A stretch of DNA of 64,000 nt from Syntrophorhabdaceae bacterium (GTDB lineage Bacteria; Desulfobacterota; Syntrophorhabdia; Syntrophorhabdales; Syntrophorhabdaceae), in the NCBI GenBank assembly GCA_963665295.1, contig OY762209.1, positions 1,696,001 to 1,760,000 of the forward strand, read 5' to 3'. Both the position numbers and the translations under genes were made by a program. The notes beneath the pieces were generated by a model. The model did no database searches. It worked only from the letters and a program-made list of their open reading frames with translations, and had not been told where the DNA came from. Shown one piece after another: positions 30,566 to 40,503 of this stretch. Every line of letters starts with the position of its first letter. Position 1 is the first letter of the stretch.

Positions 30566-31933
30566 TTACTCCAGGAGGAGTAAAGGGATCAGTCTCCTTA
30601 TATCGTCCATCCTTTCGAGGTGGTCCACGGAGGTGATGATGTTTTCGACCTTGTCCTCGGGAAAGGGTTTCGTCGCGAATGCGACGCAGTCCCGGAACCT
30701 CCGCCCCTGCTCTTCGTCGGTGAGGGGCCTTTCCGGGAAGCCGGGGGCAAAATCTATCTTCCTCACATACTCCTTTCCCCCCTTCGTGAGGACCCGCATA
30801 TCAAGGGGTGTATGGCCCCTGAGTTCCATGATGGGGTCGGAAATCACCTCGACCTTTTCAGAGAGTTTCAGGACCTCGGGGTTCCTTATGGCGGACTCCT
30901 CGAAATGGGCGAGTTTCGACCCCTTCCTCACGAGGGCGTTGGCCACGCAGTAGCGGATGCTGAACTGGGCATTTACCTTGGGGTTGCTGCCCACCTCGAA
31001 AGGATGGCCTACGAGCTTGTATGTGTAGGGCGGCACAATAACCTCTACACGTTCCACGTCGGAGGCCCTGAACCCTTCCTCTCTCATGAGGTCCAGGATT
31101 AGGTCCGTGCTTCCCTGGGTGAGCCCGCAACTCGGATATTTTTTGAACACCAGTTTGGTAACCTCGTGGGATGCGCCGAGGCCCGTGAGTACCCTCTCCG
31201 GGGAGAGGCGGTCCCTGCCGAAGAGATGAAAATAACCGTATACCCCTTCGAGGAAATTTGCAGGGCCCGTGATGCCGAGCCCCGCGAGGCGGGCGCAGGT
31301 GACGCCGCTTTCCGCGACCCAGCCCTCGATCACCCTCACCGCGAGAGACCCGTCCACATTCGCCTGAAAGCTGCCTCCGCACCTGTTGAAGGCAAGGGCC
31401 AGGGCATTCCAGGTCTCCTTTTCGGAAAGGTGAAGCATCCTTGAGGCTGCGGCTGTTGCCGCGAAGACAACGCAGACGCCCGTGGGATCGAACCCGTCAT
31501 ACTCGGTTTCCCCCAGGTTAAGCCTCACCGCGATTTCAGTGCCCGCGGCAACGGCGGCAAGGAAGTCCCTGCCCCTCGCCCCTCCCGCCAACTCGGCCGC
31601 GGCCAGGGCAGCCGGGACCGTGGCCGAACCGATGTGGGCCCCCGGGGCAAGGGCGTCGCAGAAGTCCAGGGCGCGGCCCATGACGCCGTTCACAAAGGCG
31701 GCCTGGGGGGCCGGAACCTTGCCCCCATGGACGAGGATAGATGCCTCTTCCCTGCCTCCCACCTCTTTCGCCAATCTCATCACCGTTTCGCAACCCTCGG
31801 CGAAAGCCCCGGCGATCGTGGTGCCGAGGACGGCGAGGACCTGGTTTTTGATCACCTTCAGGACCGCCGACGGTAGATCGTCGAAGGCGGAGCGGCACAC
31901 ATACTCCACAACCTTCCGTTCCGTTTCCATCAT
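30566..31933 (-). CDS. MmgE/PrpD family protein
   Basis: AAFVNG..GRALDFCD, FLEG.YG, KKYPSC, QFSI.YC and GFPERP. Confidence 0.9.
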   Translation of the reverse strand: MMETERKVVEYVCRSAFDDLPSAVLKVIKNQVLAVLGTTIAGAFAEGCETVMRLAKEVGGREEASILVHGGKVPAPQAAFVNGVMGRALDFCDALAPGAHIGSATVPAALAAAELAGGARGRDFLAAVAAGTEIAVRLNLGETEYDGFDPTGVCVVFAATAAASRMLHLSEKETWNALALAFNRCGGSFQANVDGSLAVRVIEGWVAESGVTCARLAGLGITGPANFLEGVYGYFHLFGRDRLSPERVLTGLGASHEVTKLVFKKYPSCGLTQGSTDLILDLMREEGFRASDVERVEVIVPPYTYKLVGHPFEVGSNPKVNAQFSIRYCVANALVRKGSKLAHFEESAIRNPEVLKLSEKVEVISDPIMELRGHTPLDMRVLTKGGKEYVRKIDFAPGFPERPLTDEEQGRRFRDCVAFATKPFPEDKVENIITSVDHLERMDDIRRLIPLLLLE

Positions 31934-32350
31934 CTGCCCCCTGCGGTGTTCACGGATTTTCTCTTCATACCATCCTCCTTGAGTACTTATCGGCATGCGG
32001 CGTGTTCTCATGGTTTTTCTTGCGAAATAATGGAATAGTTGGTTTACCGCCTGCGTCAACCGCGACGATATAGGACGAGTATCGGCGTGACTTTGTGTGC
32101 ACTTCCAGGGCGATTGGCATCGTAGTTATTGCACTTGTAAGCATCCATAGGGTCGGAAAAAGACCGACTGGTTGGATTATTCTAACCGCCTCCCGCAACG
32201 GGTGTCAAGGAAAAAGGAGGAAAAGAGCGGCCGCCCTCCCGGAACGCACGGGTTACCGGGCGCGCGACGCGACGCGCCGGCGCCTTTGACCCCGCCGGCC
32301 TATTTATGCTAATCTGTGTCGTTTCGAAAGACAATGAAGGTTTGGAGAAT

Positions 32351-32896
32351 ATGGGAAAGAACCGACAACGGGCAAAGGCCTTCCTTCTCGCGGCCCTACT
32401 GTGGGTAGCCCCATGCATGCCGGTCCATGGGGGTAACAGCATCGAGGCAGCCGGCGAAGTGCTCACCCTGCTCCTGCCTGCCACGGCAGCAGGGATGACG
32501 GTGGGATTCAAGGATAAGGAGGGTGCCATTCAACTCGGAAAGTCGGGGGCCCTCACCCTTGGGGTCACGTACGGCATAAAATATGCGCTGGACGAGACGG
32601 CGCCGAACGGTGACAAGTATTCCTTTCCATCGGCGCATACCTCCGTTTCTTTTACTTCCGCTGAGTTTATGCGCGCCCGTTACGGCTGGGAGTACGGCAT
32701 ACCCGCCTACGTGGCGGCCACGTTCGTGGCCGTGAGCAGGGTGGAGGCGAGAGACCATTACGTCCACGACGTGATAGCAGGGGCAGCCATCGGCGTCATA
32801 TCGAGCTATATCTTTACCCGGCCGTATAAGGGCTTGCACGTTCAGCCCGACGTGGGCCGCGACTACTACGGCATAAGGCTGAGCCGCGTCTGGTAG
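32351..32896 (+). CDS. PAP2-family phosphatase
   Basis: SFPSAHTS and SRV...HYVHDV motifs; the first motif (K..RP) is degenerate (ETAP). Confidence 0.8.
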   Translation: MGKNRQRAKAFLLAALLWVAPCMPVHGGNSIEAAGEVLTLLLPATAAGMTVGFKDKEGAIQLGKSGALTLGVTYGIKYALDETAPNGDKYSFPSAHTSVSFTSAEFMRARYGWEYGIPAYVAATFVAVSRVEARDHYVHDVIAGAAIGVISSYIFTRPYKGLHVQPDVGRDYYGIRLSRVW

Positions 32897-33099
32897 CGCC
32901 GGGTCTCCTCCGTCTCTCCCTTTGACGAGTATCCGGACGGGCCCTGAGTAATGCCGGGGGCTTGCGCTTTCCTTCCCGTCTTCGTATAATAAAGCATATT
33001 GGCACGAACGTGGTGTATGCATCAAACGGGAGGTTTGTCCTTGTGTCGGGCGAAGAGCGGCATCATAAATCATGTATACAAGGTTAGGGCCCCGGTAAG

Positions 33100-36090
33100 G
33101 TGTCCAGGGTAAGGCACGACCGGATCGCCGCGACCCGGCTCATGGGGCCGCACTCCTTCACGGCCGTCGCGGTGGCACTGTTCCTCATCACCTTCGGAGC
33201 GGGCCTTTTTGTGTGGCAGTTGCACTTCAAGGGCGATCTGCAAAGCGCCCTGAATTCGGACAGGACTGCCGCGAACCTCCTCTCGGAGCTTCTCTCGGAA
33301 CACGAGAGGACCACCATCGCCCTCCTTCAATCCTACGCGAGTCGCCCTTTGTTCATCCGCGCCGTTCGGGAAAAAGACTCCCGCAGCGTCCTTCCCCACC
33401 TTACACAACTAAAGGACAGCAGCAGGAAGATAGATATATTGTTCGTGACGGACAAGGACGGGACGCTTTGGGTGAGCTATCCCGGCGACCCTTCGCCTCT
33501 CGGGAAGAATTTTTCTTACCGGGACTGGTACAAAGGGGTGAGCAAGGGCTGGAAACCGTATATTTCGAACGTCTACAGGAGGGCTATCGGCAGCCGGGAT
33601 CTGGCCGTGGCGACCTGTGTGCCCGTTTTTGACGACAGGGGCCGCCCCATAGGCATCCTCGCAACCCCCCAATCACTGCCGTTCCTCGCTTCCCTCATCA
33701 GGCAAGTGCCTTTCGACAGACATACGGACGTAACCCTCATCGACCATGAGGGATATATCATCTATCGAAGCGATTTGCCTTCCGGAGTGGAACCGGGCCT
33801 GTACTCCCATTCCTCTCTCGTCCGGGACGGCCTCAGGGATAAGGAATATTTCATTGAAACGATCCGTTCCGGCAAGGGCGAGGGGAAAAGCTATCTCACC
33901 GTTGCCCCTTTACCCGGTATGGGCTGGACCCTTGTCGTGGAAAGGACCCGCATGGACGTGCTGGCCGCAAATTGGGGATATACCCTTGCGACCGGGGGGT
34001 TTTCGCTTCTTTTCTTCGTTCTTCTCCTCTTGTCCGTACTCTATATAAGAAAAAGACTCCAGCTCGCCGAGACCGAGGAGTTGCTGGATCTGGAGAAGAA
34101 ACTTCGGGAAGACGAGGAGAAGTTCGGGGAGCTCTTCGAGCACATGAGCAGCGGCGTCGCGGTTTACGACGCGGTTGACGGCGGCAAGGATTTTATCATT
34201 CACAGTTTCAACGCCGCCTCGGAGAAGATCGAGCATGTGTCGAGAACGGAGGTTATAGGAAAACGGCTCCTCGAAGCCTTCCCGGGCGCCGGAGACTTCG
34301 GCCTTTTCGATGTCCTCAGCCGCGTGTACCGGACGGGCCGGGCGGAGGAATATCCCGCCAGGTTCTACACGGACGGGCACATCAGCGGCTGGCGTGAAAA
34401 CTACGTGTACAAATTAGCCACCGGAGAGGTGGTGGCCATATACGACGATGTGACGGAACGCAAAGTGGGTGAGAAAAGACAGGAAATCACCAACAGGATA
34501 CTGGAGGCATTGAACAGGCCCAATGAGATTGTTCTTCTCACGCACCACATCCTGCTTCTCCTGAAGGAGCACATCGGCGCCGGGGCCGTGGGTATCCGGC
34601 TGCGCGAGGGCGAGGATTACCCCTACATGGAGACCGCGGGATTATCGGAAGACTTCGTTGAAAAAGAGAACCACCTCTGTGAGCGTGACCTGGAAGGCAT
34701 GATCGTCCGCGACGCCGCAGGCAATCCGACCCTCGAGTGCATGTGCGGCAACGTGATACTGGGACGGACCGATCCCTCCTTTCCTTTCTTCACCAAAGGG
34801 GGGAGTTTCTGGACGAACAGCACCACCAGGCTTCTCGCGAGTACGACGGATGAGGACCGCCAAACGCGCACACGGAACCGTTGCAATGGCGAAGGGTACG
34901 AGTCCGTCGCCCTTATCCCGCTCAAGGCAGGCGATAAGACAGTGGGACTCATGCAATTCAACGACCGGCGGCCCGGACTCTTTTCCCTCGATACCATCGA
35001 ATTCCTTGAAGGGATTGCGGCAAGCGTGGGGGTCGCTGTCTTAAGAAAACAGGCGGCTGATCTCATTCGCAAAAGCGAGGAGAATTACCGGTCCATTTTC
35101 GAAAATGCCGTGGAGGGAATGTTCAGAACTTCCCCCCAGGGACGCATATTGAGCGCCAACCCCGCGGTTGCCCGCATACACGGGTACGACACCCCGGAGG
35201 AGATGATGGCCCTTGTTACCGACACAGGGCGGCAGCTTTATGTAAACCCCGACGATAAGGAGAGGTACAAGGCGGTCCTTCAGGAGAAAGGGGAGATAAA
35301 GGGGTTCGAGGCGCAATACCGGAGAAAAGACGGCAGCGTCTTCTGGGGCAGCATGGATGCCCGCGCGGCCAGGGATGCAACGGGCAAGGTCCTCTACTAC
35401 GAGGGTGCCATAGAAGATATCACATCCCGCAAACTTGCGGAGGAAGAACTTACCCGGACCCTGGAAAAACTGCAAAAGAGCCTTGTCGGCACCATTCAGG
35501 CCATATCGTTGATGGTGGAGACGAGAGACCCCTATACAGCGGGCCACCAGAGGAGGGTATCCGACCTTGCCCGGGCCATCGCCGAGGAGATGGGCCTGCC
35601 CGAAAGCACCGTTGACACCATCCGCATGGCGAGCCTCATCCATGACATAGGAAAGATGTCGGTGCCCGCCGAGATACTGAGTAAGCCCACCAGGCTTACC
35701 GAAATGGAGTACGGCCTCATCAAGGTGCATCCCGCCTCCGGGTTTGACATCCTGAAAGGGGCGGAGCTGCCCTATCCCGTCGCGGAAATAGTGCTTCAAC
35801 ACCATGAGCGGCTGGACGGGTCAGGTTACCCCGATGGCATAAAAGGCGGACAGATCCTGCTCGAAGCCGAGATCGTTGCCGTGGCCGACGTGGTGGAAGC
35901 AATCGCCTCCCACCGTCCATACAGGCCCGCCCACGGGATCGACGCCGCCCTCGATGAGATCAAGAGGCACGAGGGCGTTCTCTACAACGTCGAGGCGGTC
36001 GAGGCGTGCTTGAGGCTGTTCAGGGAAAAGGGGTTTACCCTCGACCAGACCCGGGGTTCCATGTCAAATCTCCCGGCGAAGGAGAAATGA
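33100..36090 (+). CDS. Membrane Cache-PAS-GAF-PAS-HD-GYP cyclic dinucleotide phosphodiesterase
   Basis: TM, Cache RDWY..PYIS, TM, PAS, Cys-rich GAF, PAS, RDPYTAGH, HDIGK, HHERLDGSGYP and HRPYR. Confidence 0.9.
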   Translation: MSRVRHDRIAATRLMGPHSFTAVAVALFLITFGAGLFVWQLHFKGDLQSALNSDRTAANLLSELLSEHERTTIALLQSYASRPLFIRAVREKDSRSVLPHLTQLKDSSRKIDILFVTDKDGTLWVSYPGDPSPLGKNFSYRDWYKGVSKGWKPYISNVYRRAIGSRDLAVATCVPVFDDRGRPIGILATPQSLPFLASLIRQVPFDRHTDVTLIDHEGYIIYRSDLPSGVEPGLYSHSSLVRDGLRDKEYFIETIRSGKGEGKSYLTVAPLPGMGWTLVVERTRMDVLAANWGYTLATGGFSLLFFVLLLLSVLYIRKRLQLAETEELLDLEKKLREDEEKFGELFEHMSSGVAVYDAVDGGKDFIIHSFNAASEKIEHVSRTEVIGKRLLEAFPGAGDFGLFDVLSRVYRTGRAEEYPARFYTDGHISGWRENYVYKLATGEVVAIYDDVTERKVGEKRQEITNRILEALNRPNEIVLLTHHILLLLKEHIGAGAVGIRLREGEDYPYMETAGLSEDFVEKENHLCERDLEGMIVRDAAGNPTLECMCGNVILGRTDPSFPFFTKGGSFWTNSTTRLLASTTDEDRQTRTRNRCNGEGYESVALIPLKAGDKTVGLMQFNDRRPGLFSLDTIEFLEGIAASVGVAVLRKQAADLIRKSEENYRSIFENAVEGMFRTSPQGRILSANPAVARIHGYDTPEEMMALVTDTGRQLYVNPDDKERYKAVLQEKGEIKGFEAQYRRKDGSVFWGSMDARAARDATGKVLYYEGAIEDITSRKLAEEELTRTLEKLQKSLVGTIQAISLMVETRDPYTAGHQRRVSDLARAIAEEMGLPESTVDTIRMASLIHDIGKMSVPAEILSKPTRLTEMEYGLIKVHPASGFDILKGAELPYPVAEIVLQHHERLDGSGYPDGIKGGQILLEAEIVAVADVVEAIASHRPYRPAHGIDAALDEIKRHEGVLYNVEAVEACLRLFREKGFTLDQTRGSMSNLPAKEK

Positions 36091-36219
36091 GGCGGTTATC
36101 GGCGTTCGCAGACGTGGCGGCACAGGCTTCCTTCGATGGGCGGCCCCGGCCGGGCAAAGGAACGTATCAGGGTTATGCGCGTTGCACCCGGCGCGCCTCA
36201 GGGCGCGTATTTGCCTGCT

Positions 36220-37038
36220 TTACTTGTGGTATGGTGTAAGCATCTCGTCGGGCCTGTCGGGATTGACGTATCCGCCCCTTGCCGCGTTATAGTCTCCGAG
36301 AGGCGTATTGCGCTGCTTCCCTGTTTTCGGGTCGATAGTAGGTTCCGTGCCCATCATCCCCTCACGCCATCCCTCACTCGCGTGCTCCCTTACCCGGTCA
36401 CGGTTCTTCCCTGCCTGGATTATCGCGGAGTTGTCGAGGGGGTTGTTCCTGGGGCGTATGACCGTGTTGTTCCCATTCGCCTCAGCCGCGTTGGTAAGGA
36501 TAATGCTCTCCGCTATCCGGGGCAGGAAGGACCGGGCCCCCTCGAAGTCGACCTTTGCCGCCCGGTAGCCCGTGATCATGGCGTCGTTCATCCCGTAGTA
36601 ATTCGCCGTTCCCACCTTGTAGACGCCTGTCACGGGGAGGCCCTTGTCCGTGTAGGAGACCTTCGCTTCTATAAACCGCCATACCTGGTAGGACATGCGT
36701 TGGGCGGGCATATTCTTTACAGAGATGACCCTTGCCTTCGTATAGGCCGGAACATGGCTGAAGACCCACCTCAGGAACTCCTCGGGCGTCCTGGTCCCCC
36801 GGGAGCGGAGCAGCGTGGCAAGAGAGGCGCTCAGCCTGCCGTCGGGCGAGGTGAGTGTCACCCCCGAGTTGGTTTCGCTTACCCGCCAATCCGGCGGAGC
36901 GGCCCACTTGAAGTATCTCCCCTGGCGAGGCTGGTGGGAGGCCCCGGATGAGGCCGCCTGTCCGGGATACCCGCCTATGACCACGGCAAGAAGAACCACT
37001 GCCGATAACAGGAAGAACGCAATAGAACGGCCCCTCAT
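36220..37038 (-). CDS. Exported hypothetical protein
   Basis: N-terminal signal or TM segment; AGGAGG RBS; 10 nt downstream of the motA-like gene. Confidence 0.7.
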   Translation of the reverse strand: MRGRSIAFFLLSAVVLLAVVIGGYPGQAASSGASHQPRQGRYFKWAAPPDWRVSETNSGVTLTSPDGRLSASLATLLRSRGTRTPEEFLRWVFSHVPAYTKARVISVKNMPAQRMSYQVWRFIEAKVSYTDKGLPVTGVYKVGTANYYGMNDAMITGYRAAKVDFEGARSFLPRIAESIILTNAAEANGNNTVIRPRNNPLDNSAIIQAGKNRDRVREHASEGWREGMMGTEPTIDPKTGKQRNTPLGDYNAARGGYVNPDRPDEMLTPYHK

Positions 37039-37048
37039 GTAGCCTCCT

Positions 37049-37876
37049 TTACTTGCCGGCAGCCTTTTTCATCGCCACGTACCGCCTCTGGATCTGCCGG
37101 ATGCTCTGTCCCGCGTCTTCCCTTAGAGAGGGGGTGAGGAATATGGAGAGTTTCTTTTCCAATTTGTACACATTCTTTTCCCGCGCTATCTCCATCACTC
37201 CTTCGCTGATTATACTCTGGAGATAGAGTTCCCGCTGGGTCTTGGAATAAATGGCTTCCGCAATGGGTATGAGGATGAAATAACTGAGTATTATGGCATA
37301 AAGGGTTGAGGTGAGCGCGAGGGGGATGGTCTTCAGGATAATCCCCGTATCACCCATGCCCACGAGCATCCCGATGAGGCCGATGATGCTCCCCGCTACC
37401 CCGAAGGGGGGCGCCACCGCCGCCATGGTCCTGAAAACCCTTTCGGACTGCTGCCGCCTCAGTTTGAAGAAGTACATCTCCGTATGGAGTATGTCTTTTA
37501 TCTCCTCGTCCGAGTACCCGTCCACCAGCATGGCGAGGGCATCCTTGAGAAAGGAGACGGTAATCTGTTTTTCATATTTTTCGAGAGAGAGTATGCCGTC
37601 GTATTTTGACCGGACGGCGAGGTCGAGGAGTATGTTCACCACCTCGTCCGAGGAAGAGATGATGTCTTTCGAGTACACGTTCTTGGCAACCTTGAAGGCG
37701 CTGCTGAGCCTGCTGAAGGGGTGGCTCAGGAAGACGGCCCCCAGGGTCCCCGACACTACCACGAGGAGGCTCACCATGTTGAGGTAGAAGACGACCGTGC
37801 CGCCTTCGCCCCAGAAGAAGCAGCCCACGAATATGAGGAGGCAGATGAGCGCCCCGAGGTAATTATGCTTGATCAT
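37049..37876 (-). CDS. motA: MotA/PomA-family stator protein
   Basis: SLLVVVSGT, KYDGILSLE, FLKDALAMLVDG, APPFG..G.IIGLI and LTSTLY. Confidence 0.85.
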   Translation of the reverse strand: MIKHNYLGALICLLIFVGCFFWGEGGTVVFYLNMVSLLVVVSGTLGAVFLSHPFSRLSSAFKVAKNVYSKDIISSSDEVVNILLDLAVRSKYDGILSLEKYEKQITVSFLKDALAMLVDGYSDEEIKDILHTEMYFFKLRRQQSERVFRTMAAVAPPFGVAGSIIGLIGMLVGMGDTGIILKTIPLALTSTLYAIILSYFILIPIAEAIYSKTQRELYLQSIISEGVMEIAREKNVYKLEKKLSIFLTPSLREDAGQSIRQIQRRYVAMKKAAGK

Positions 37877-37891
37877 GACGCGGGGCCCCGC

Positions 37892-38641
37892 TCATTGCGC
37901 GATTTTATCCTTTGTAATGACAATCTCCACTCTCCTGTTTTTCGCCTTGTTTCTTGTCGTGGAATTGGGGACGACCGGCTTGTACATGGCGTAGCCCGTG
38001 ACGCTGAAACGCTCCGGTTCAAGCCCCCCGTCCTCCATGAGGAACCGGGCCACATTGATGGCCCTTATTGCCGACAACTCCCAGTTGGTGGGAAAGGCCG
38101 TGTTGTGGACGGGGAAGGAATCCGTATGGCCTTCGACCGCTATCTTGTACTTCGTGTCCCGCACCTTGTCGGCCAGTCTCACGAGGAAACGTTTGGATTC
38201 GGGCTTGAGGTCGGCCCGTCCGAGATCGAATATCATGTGCTCGCTCACGCTCACCTTGATGCTCCTGTTCTGGTCGAGGGCCACCGTCACATCGTCCACG
38301 TTCGCCACGGTGACCGTGCTCCGGAGGGCCTCGTAAAGATCCTCCATGGGGATGTTGCCGGGCGCGTTCACCTCGTGAGACTTGCCCGTGAGAGGGTCCG
38401 GCGGCACGTTGGGGACCTTGGGCAGGGCGTTGATGGGTGATCTGGAGACCATGTTCTTCGAAGGCCTTGCGAGGGCGTCGCCCAGCTCCCGGTGGGACAG
38501 CACATAGGAGTAGAGGACGGCAAAGAGGACAAAGGCCACCATCATCAGGTCGGACCAAGGGACCGCCCAATGGCTTGACGGCATGGAATCTTCGTCAAGG
38601 TCGAAGATCTTCCTCTCGTAAGTCTCCCTTTTCTCTCTCAT
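37892..38641 (-). CDS. motB: MotB/OmpA-family stator protein
   Basis: WAVPWSDLMM (conserved Asp), VEGHTD, NWELSAIRA and NRRVEI. Confidence 0.88.
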   Translation of the reverse strand: MREKRETYERKIFDLDEDSMPSSHWAVPWSDLMMVAFVLFAVLYSYVLSHRELGDALARPSKNMVSRSPINALPKVPNVPPDPLTGKSHEVNAPGNIPMEDLYEALRSTVTVANVDDVTVALDQNRSIKVSVSEHMIFDLGRADLKPESKRFLVRLADKVRDTKYKIAVEGHTDSFPVHNTAFPTNWELSAIRAINVARFLMEDGGLEPERFSVTGYAMYKPVVPNSTTRNKAKNRRVEIVITKDKIAQ

Positions 38642-38815
38642 CTTTCCCGTTTTTTTACCACGCACATAGTAAATCAACGGGCACAAGAAATCAAGGCGTT
38701 CCGCGGGTTCCGGGTGATGGAAGGAGGCGGGAGGACCCGAAATTGAGCCGCCCTGTTGACGGGGCCGAAACGACGGGCGTATATTCAAACCATACCAAAG
38801 ACAAAGGAGGCGGCC

Positions 38816-40351
38816 ATGGCGGATGACAAGAATGACGGTCGGGAGAAAAAGAAACACCTGGTGACGCGGAGGCAGTTCATTACCCGGGCAGGAGTGCTTA
38901 CTGCGGGGGCAATGGCGGTGAATCAGGCTTTTCCGGGAGAGTTGAAAGCGGTGCCTCCGCCCCGGAAGTGGGACAAACAGACGGACGTCGTCATAGTGGG
39001 TACCGGATATGCGGGTCTGTCGGCGGCCATAGAGGCTCACGACGGGGGCGCCAAGGTTGTAGTCATCGACAAGGCCAAGATAATGGGAGGCAACTCGGCC
39101 ATTGCAAGCGGGGCGTATAATGCGGTGGACCCCGAAAGGCAGAAGAAGCAGGGTATCGAAGATTCCATCGAACTGCACTACAAGCAGACACTCGAGGGAG
39201 GAGATTACAAAGCTGATCCCGAAAAGGTCAAATACCTGGTCGATCACGCGTTGGAAGGCCTCCAATGGCTGGAGAGACAGGGCGTCGAGTTTGAACCGAC
39301 GGTGTATACGGTGGTGGGCGCATTGTGGCCCCGGAGCCATGACCCGGTGAAGAAGGGAAGGGGCGGCGCCATTATCAGGACCCTCAAGGAGCAGTGCGAC
39401 AAGCGGTCGATCCCCGTGCTCATGCAACATACCATGACGGGGATTGTGAGGGAAAAGCCCCTCACCGGTGCGGTGCTGGGCGTGCAGGTAGAGACAGGCG
39501 GCAAGAAGATGTTCCTCAAGGCGAAGAAAGCCGTGGTCCTCGGTTCGGGCGGGTTCGGGGCGGATGTGCCCATGCGGAGCAAGTACGACCCTCGCCTGGG
39601 ACCCGACATTCCCACCACGAATGTGCCGACAGCGACGGGAGAAGCCATCACCTTCGCGGAAGACACGGGCGCCGACGTAATTGGAATGGATTATATCCAA
39701 CTCCTCATCGCATGTAATTACTACACCAGGAAATACGGTTCACTCACGAACCTGGGGATCGACTCCGCTATCTACGTCAACACGAAGGGCGTGAGATTCG
39801 TAGCCGAGGACGCGCGGCGCGACGTGATGGCCGCCGGCGTGTTGAAGCAGCCCAAGAGCGTGCTTCTCTGGGTGGCGGACGAGAAGTGCACCAAGAGATT
39901 CGACCCGGCCACCACGGAAAGGATATTGAAGGACGGCCTGTCCTTCCGGGCGAACACCCTGGAGGAACTGGCTAAGATACTCAACGAGAAGTTTCAGGTA
40001 CCCGTGGATACCTTTCTCGCGACCGTGGCAAAATACAATGACTATGCGAAGGCGGGGAAGGACCCGGACTTCGGGAAACAGGCGCGGAACCTGAAACCTA
40101 TCGTGGAGCCGCCTTTCTACGCGAGCCCCACCCAGGCGGGGGTGCACCATACTATGGGAGGGCTCAGGACAAAAGGGACCACAGGGCAGGTGATCGACAG
40201 GTACGATAGGCCTATCCCCCGGCTTTATGCGGCAGGCGAGGTAACAGGCGGGGTACATGGAACGAACCGGCTCGGCGGCAATGCCACGGCCGATTGCATA
40301 GTCTTCGGGAGAGAGGTGGGCAGGAAGGCGGCGGCGGAAAAGAGCCTGTAA
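38816..40351 (+). CDS. Tat-exported flavocytochrome-c-type flavin reductase
   Basis: TRRQFI twin-arginine leader, GTGYAG, RRD, HHTMGG and HGTNRLGGN; AAGGAGG RBS. Confidence 0.9.
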   Translation: MADDKNDGREKKKHLVTRRQFITRAGVLTAGAMAVNQAFPGELKAVPPPRKWDKQTDVVIVGTGYAGLSAAIEAHDGGAKVVVIDKAKIMGGNSAIASGAYNAVDPERQKKQGIEDSIELHYKQTLEGGDYKADPEKVKYLVDHALEGLQWLERQGVEFEPTVYTVVGALWPRSHDPVKKGRGGAIIRTLKEQCDKRSIPVLMQHTMTGIVREKPLTGAVLGVQVETGGKKMFLKAKKAVVLGSGGFGADVPMRSKYDPRLGPDIPTTNVPTATGEAITFAEDTGADVIGMDYIQLLIACNYYTRKYGSLTNLGIDSAIYVNTKGVRFVAEDARRDVMAAGVLKQPKSVLLWVADEKCTKRFDPATTERILKDGLSFRANTLEELAKILNEKFQVPVDTFLATVAKYNDYAKAGKDPDFGKQARNLKPIVEPPFYASPTQAGVHHTMGGLRTKGTTGQVIDRYDRPIPRLYAAGEVTGGVHGTNRLGGNATADCIVFGREVGRKAAAEKSL

Positions 40352-40396
40352 AGGAATGGTTTCCCCGCACCATCGGTCAGGCGGGTTTGAGGGCTA

Positions 40397-40426
40397 TTGA
40401 CACTCCGGGGGCCATTGCCTTAGAAT
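40397..40426 (+). promoter_or_regulatory. Sigma70-type promoter
   Basis: TTGACA-N18-TAGAAT upstream of the PEGA-domain gene. Confidence 0.55.
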
Positions 40427-40503
40427 TGTGCTTATCCACGCGCCGTTCCTGAAACGATGAAACGGGCGCAACGGAGACGTTCCGGTTCTTCAGGAGGATC
40501 CAG

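Noticed and set aside
32999..33015. Sigma54 promoter TTGGCACG upstream of the HD-GYP sensor (also TGGCACG at 16941 and 17058)
   Set aside because: The -12 GC is absent in all three; the latter two fit NikR half-sites better.
37049..38641. Zorya (ZorAB) defence system
   Set aside because: The MotA homologue is normal length without the long ZorA tail, keeps stator motifs, and no ZorC/D/E-like genes are adjacent.
38642..39700. 602-aa version of the MotB ORF
   Set aside because: The N-terminal extension is antisense to the Tat flavoprotein; MotB homology begins near 38641.
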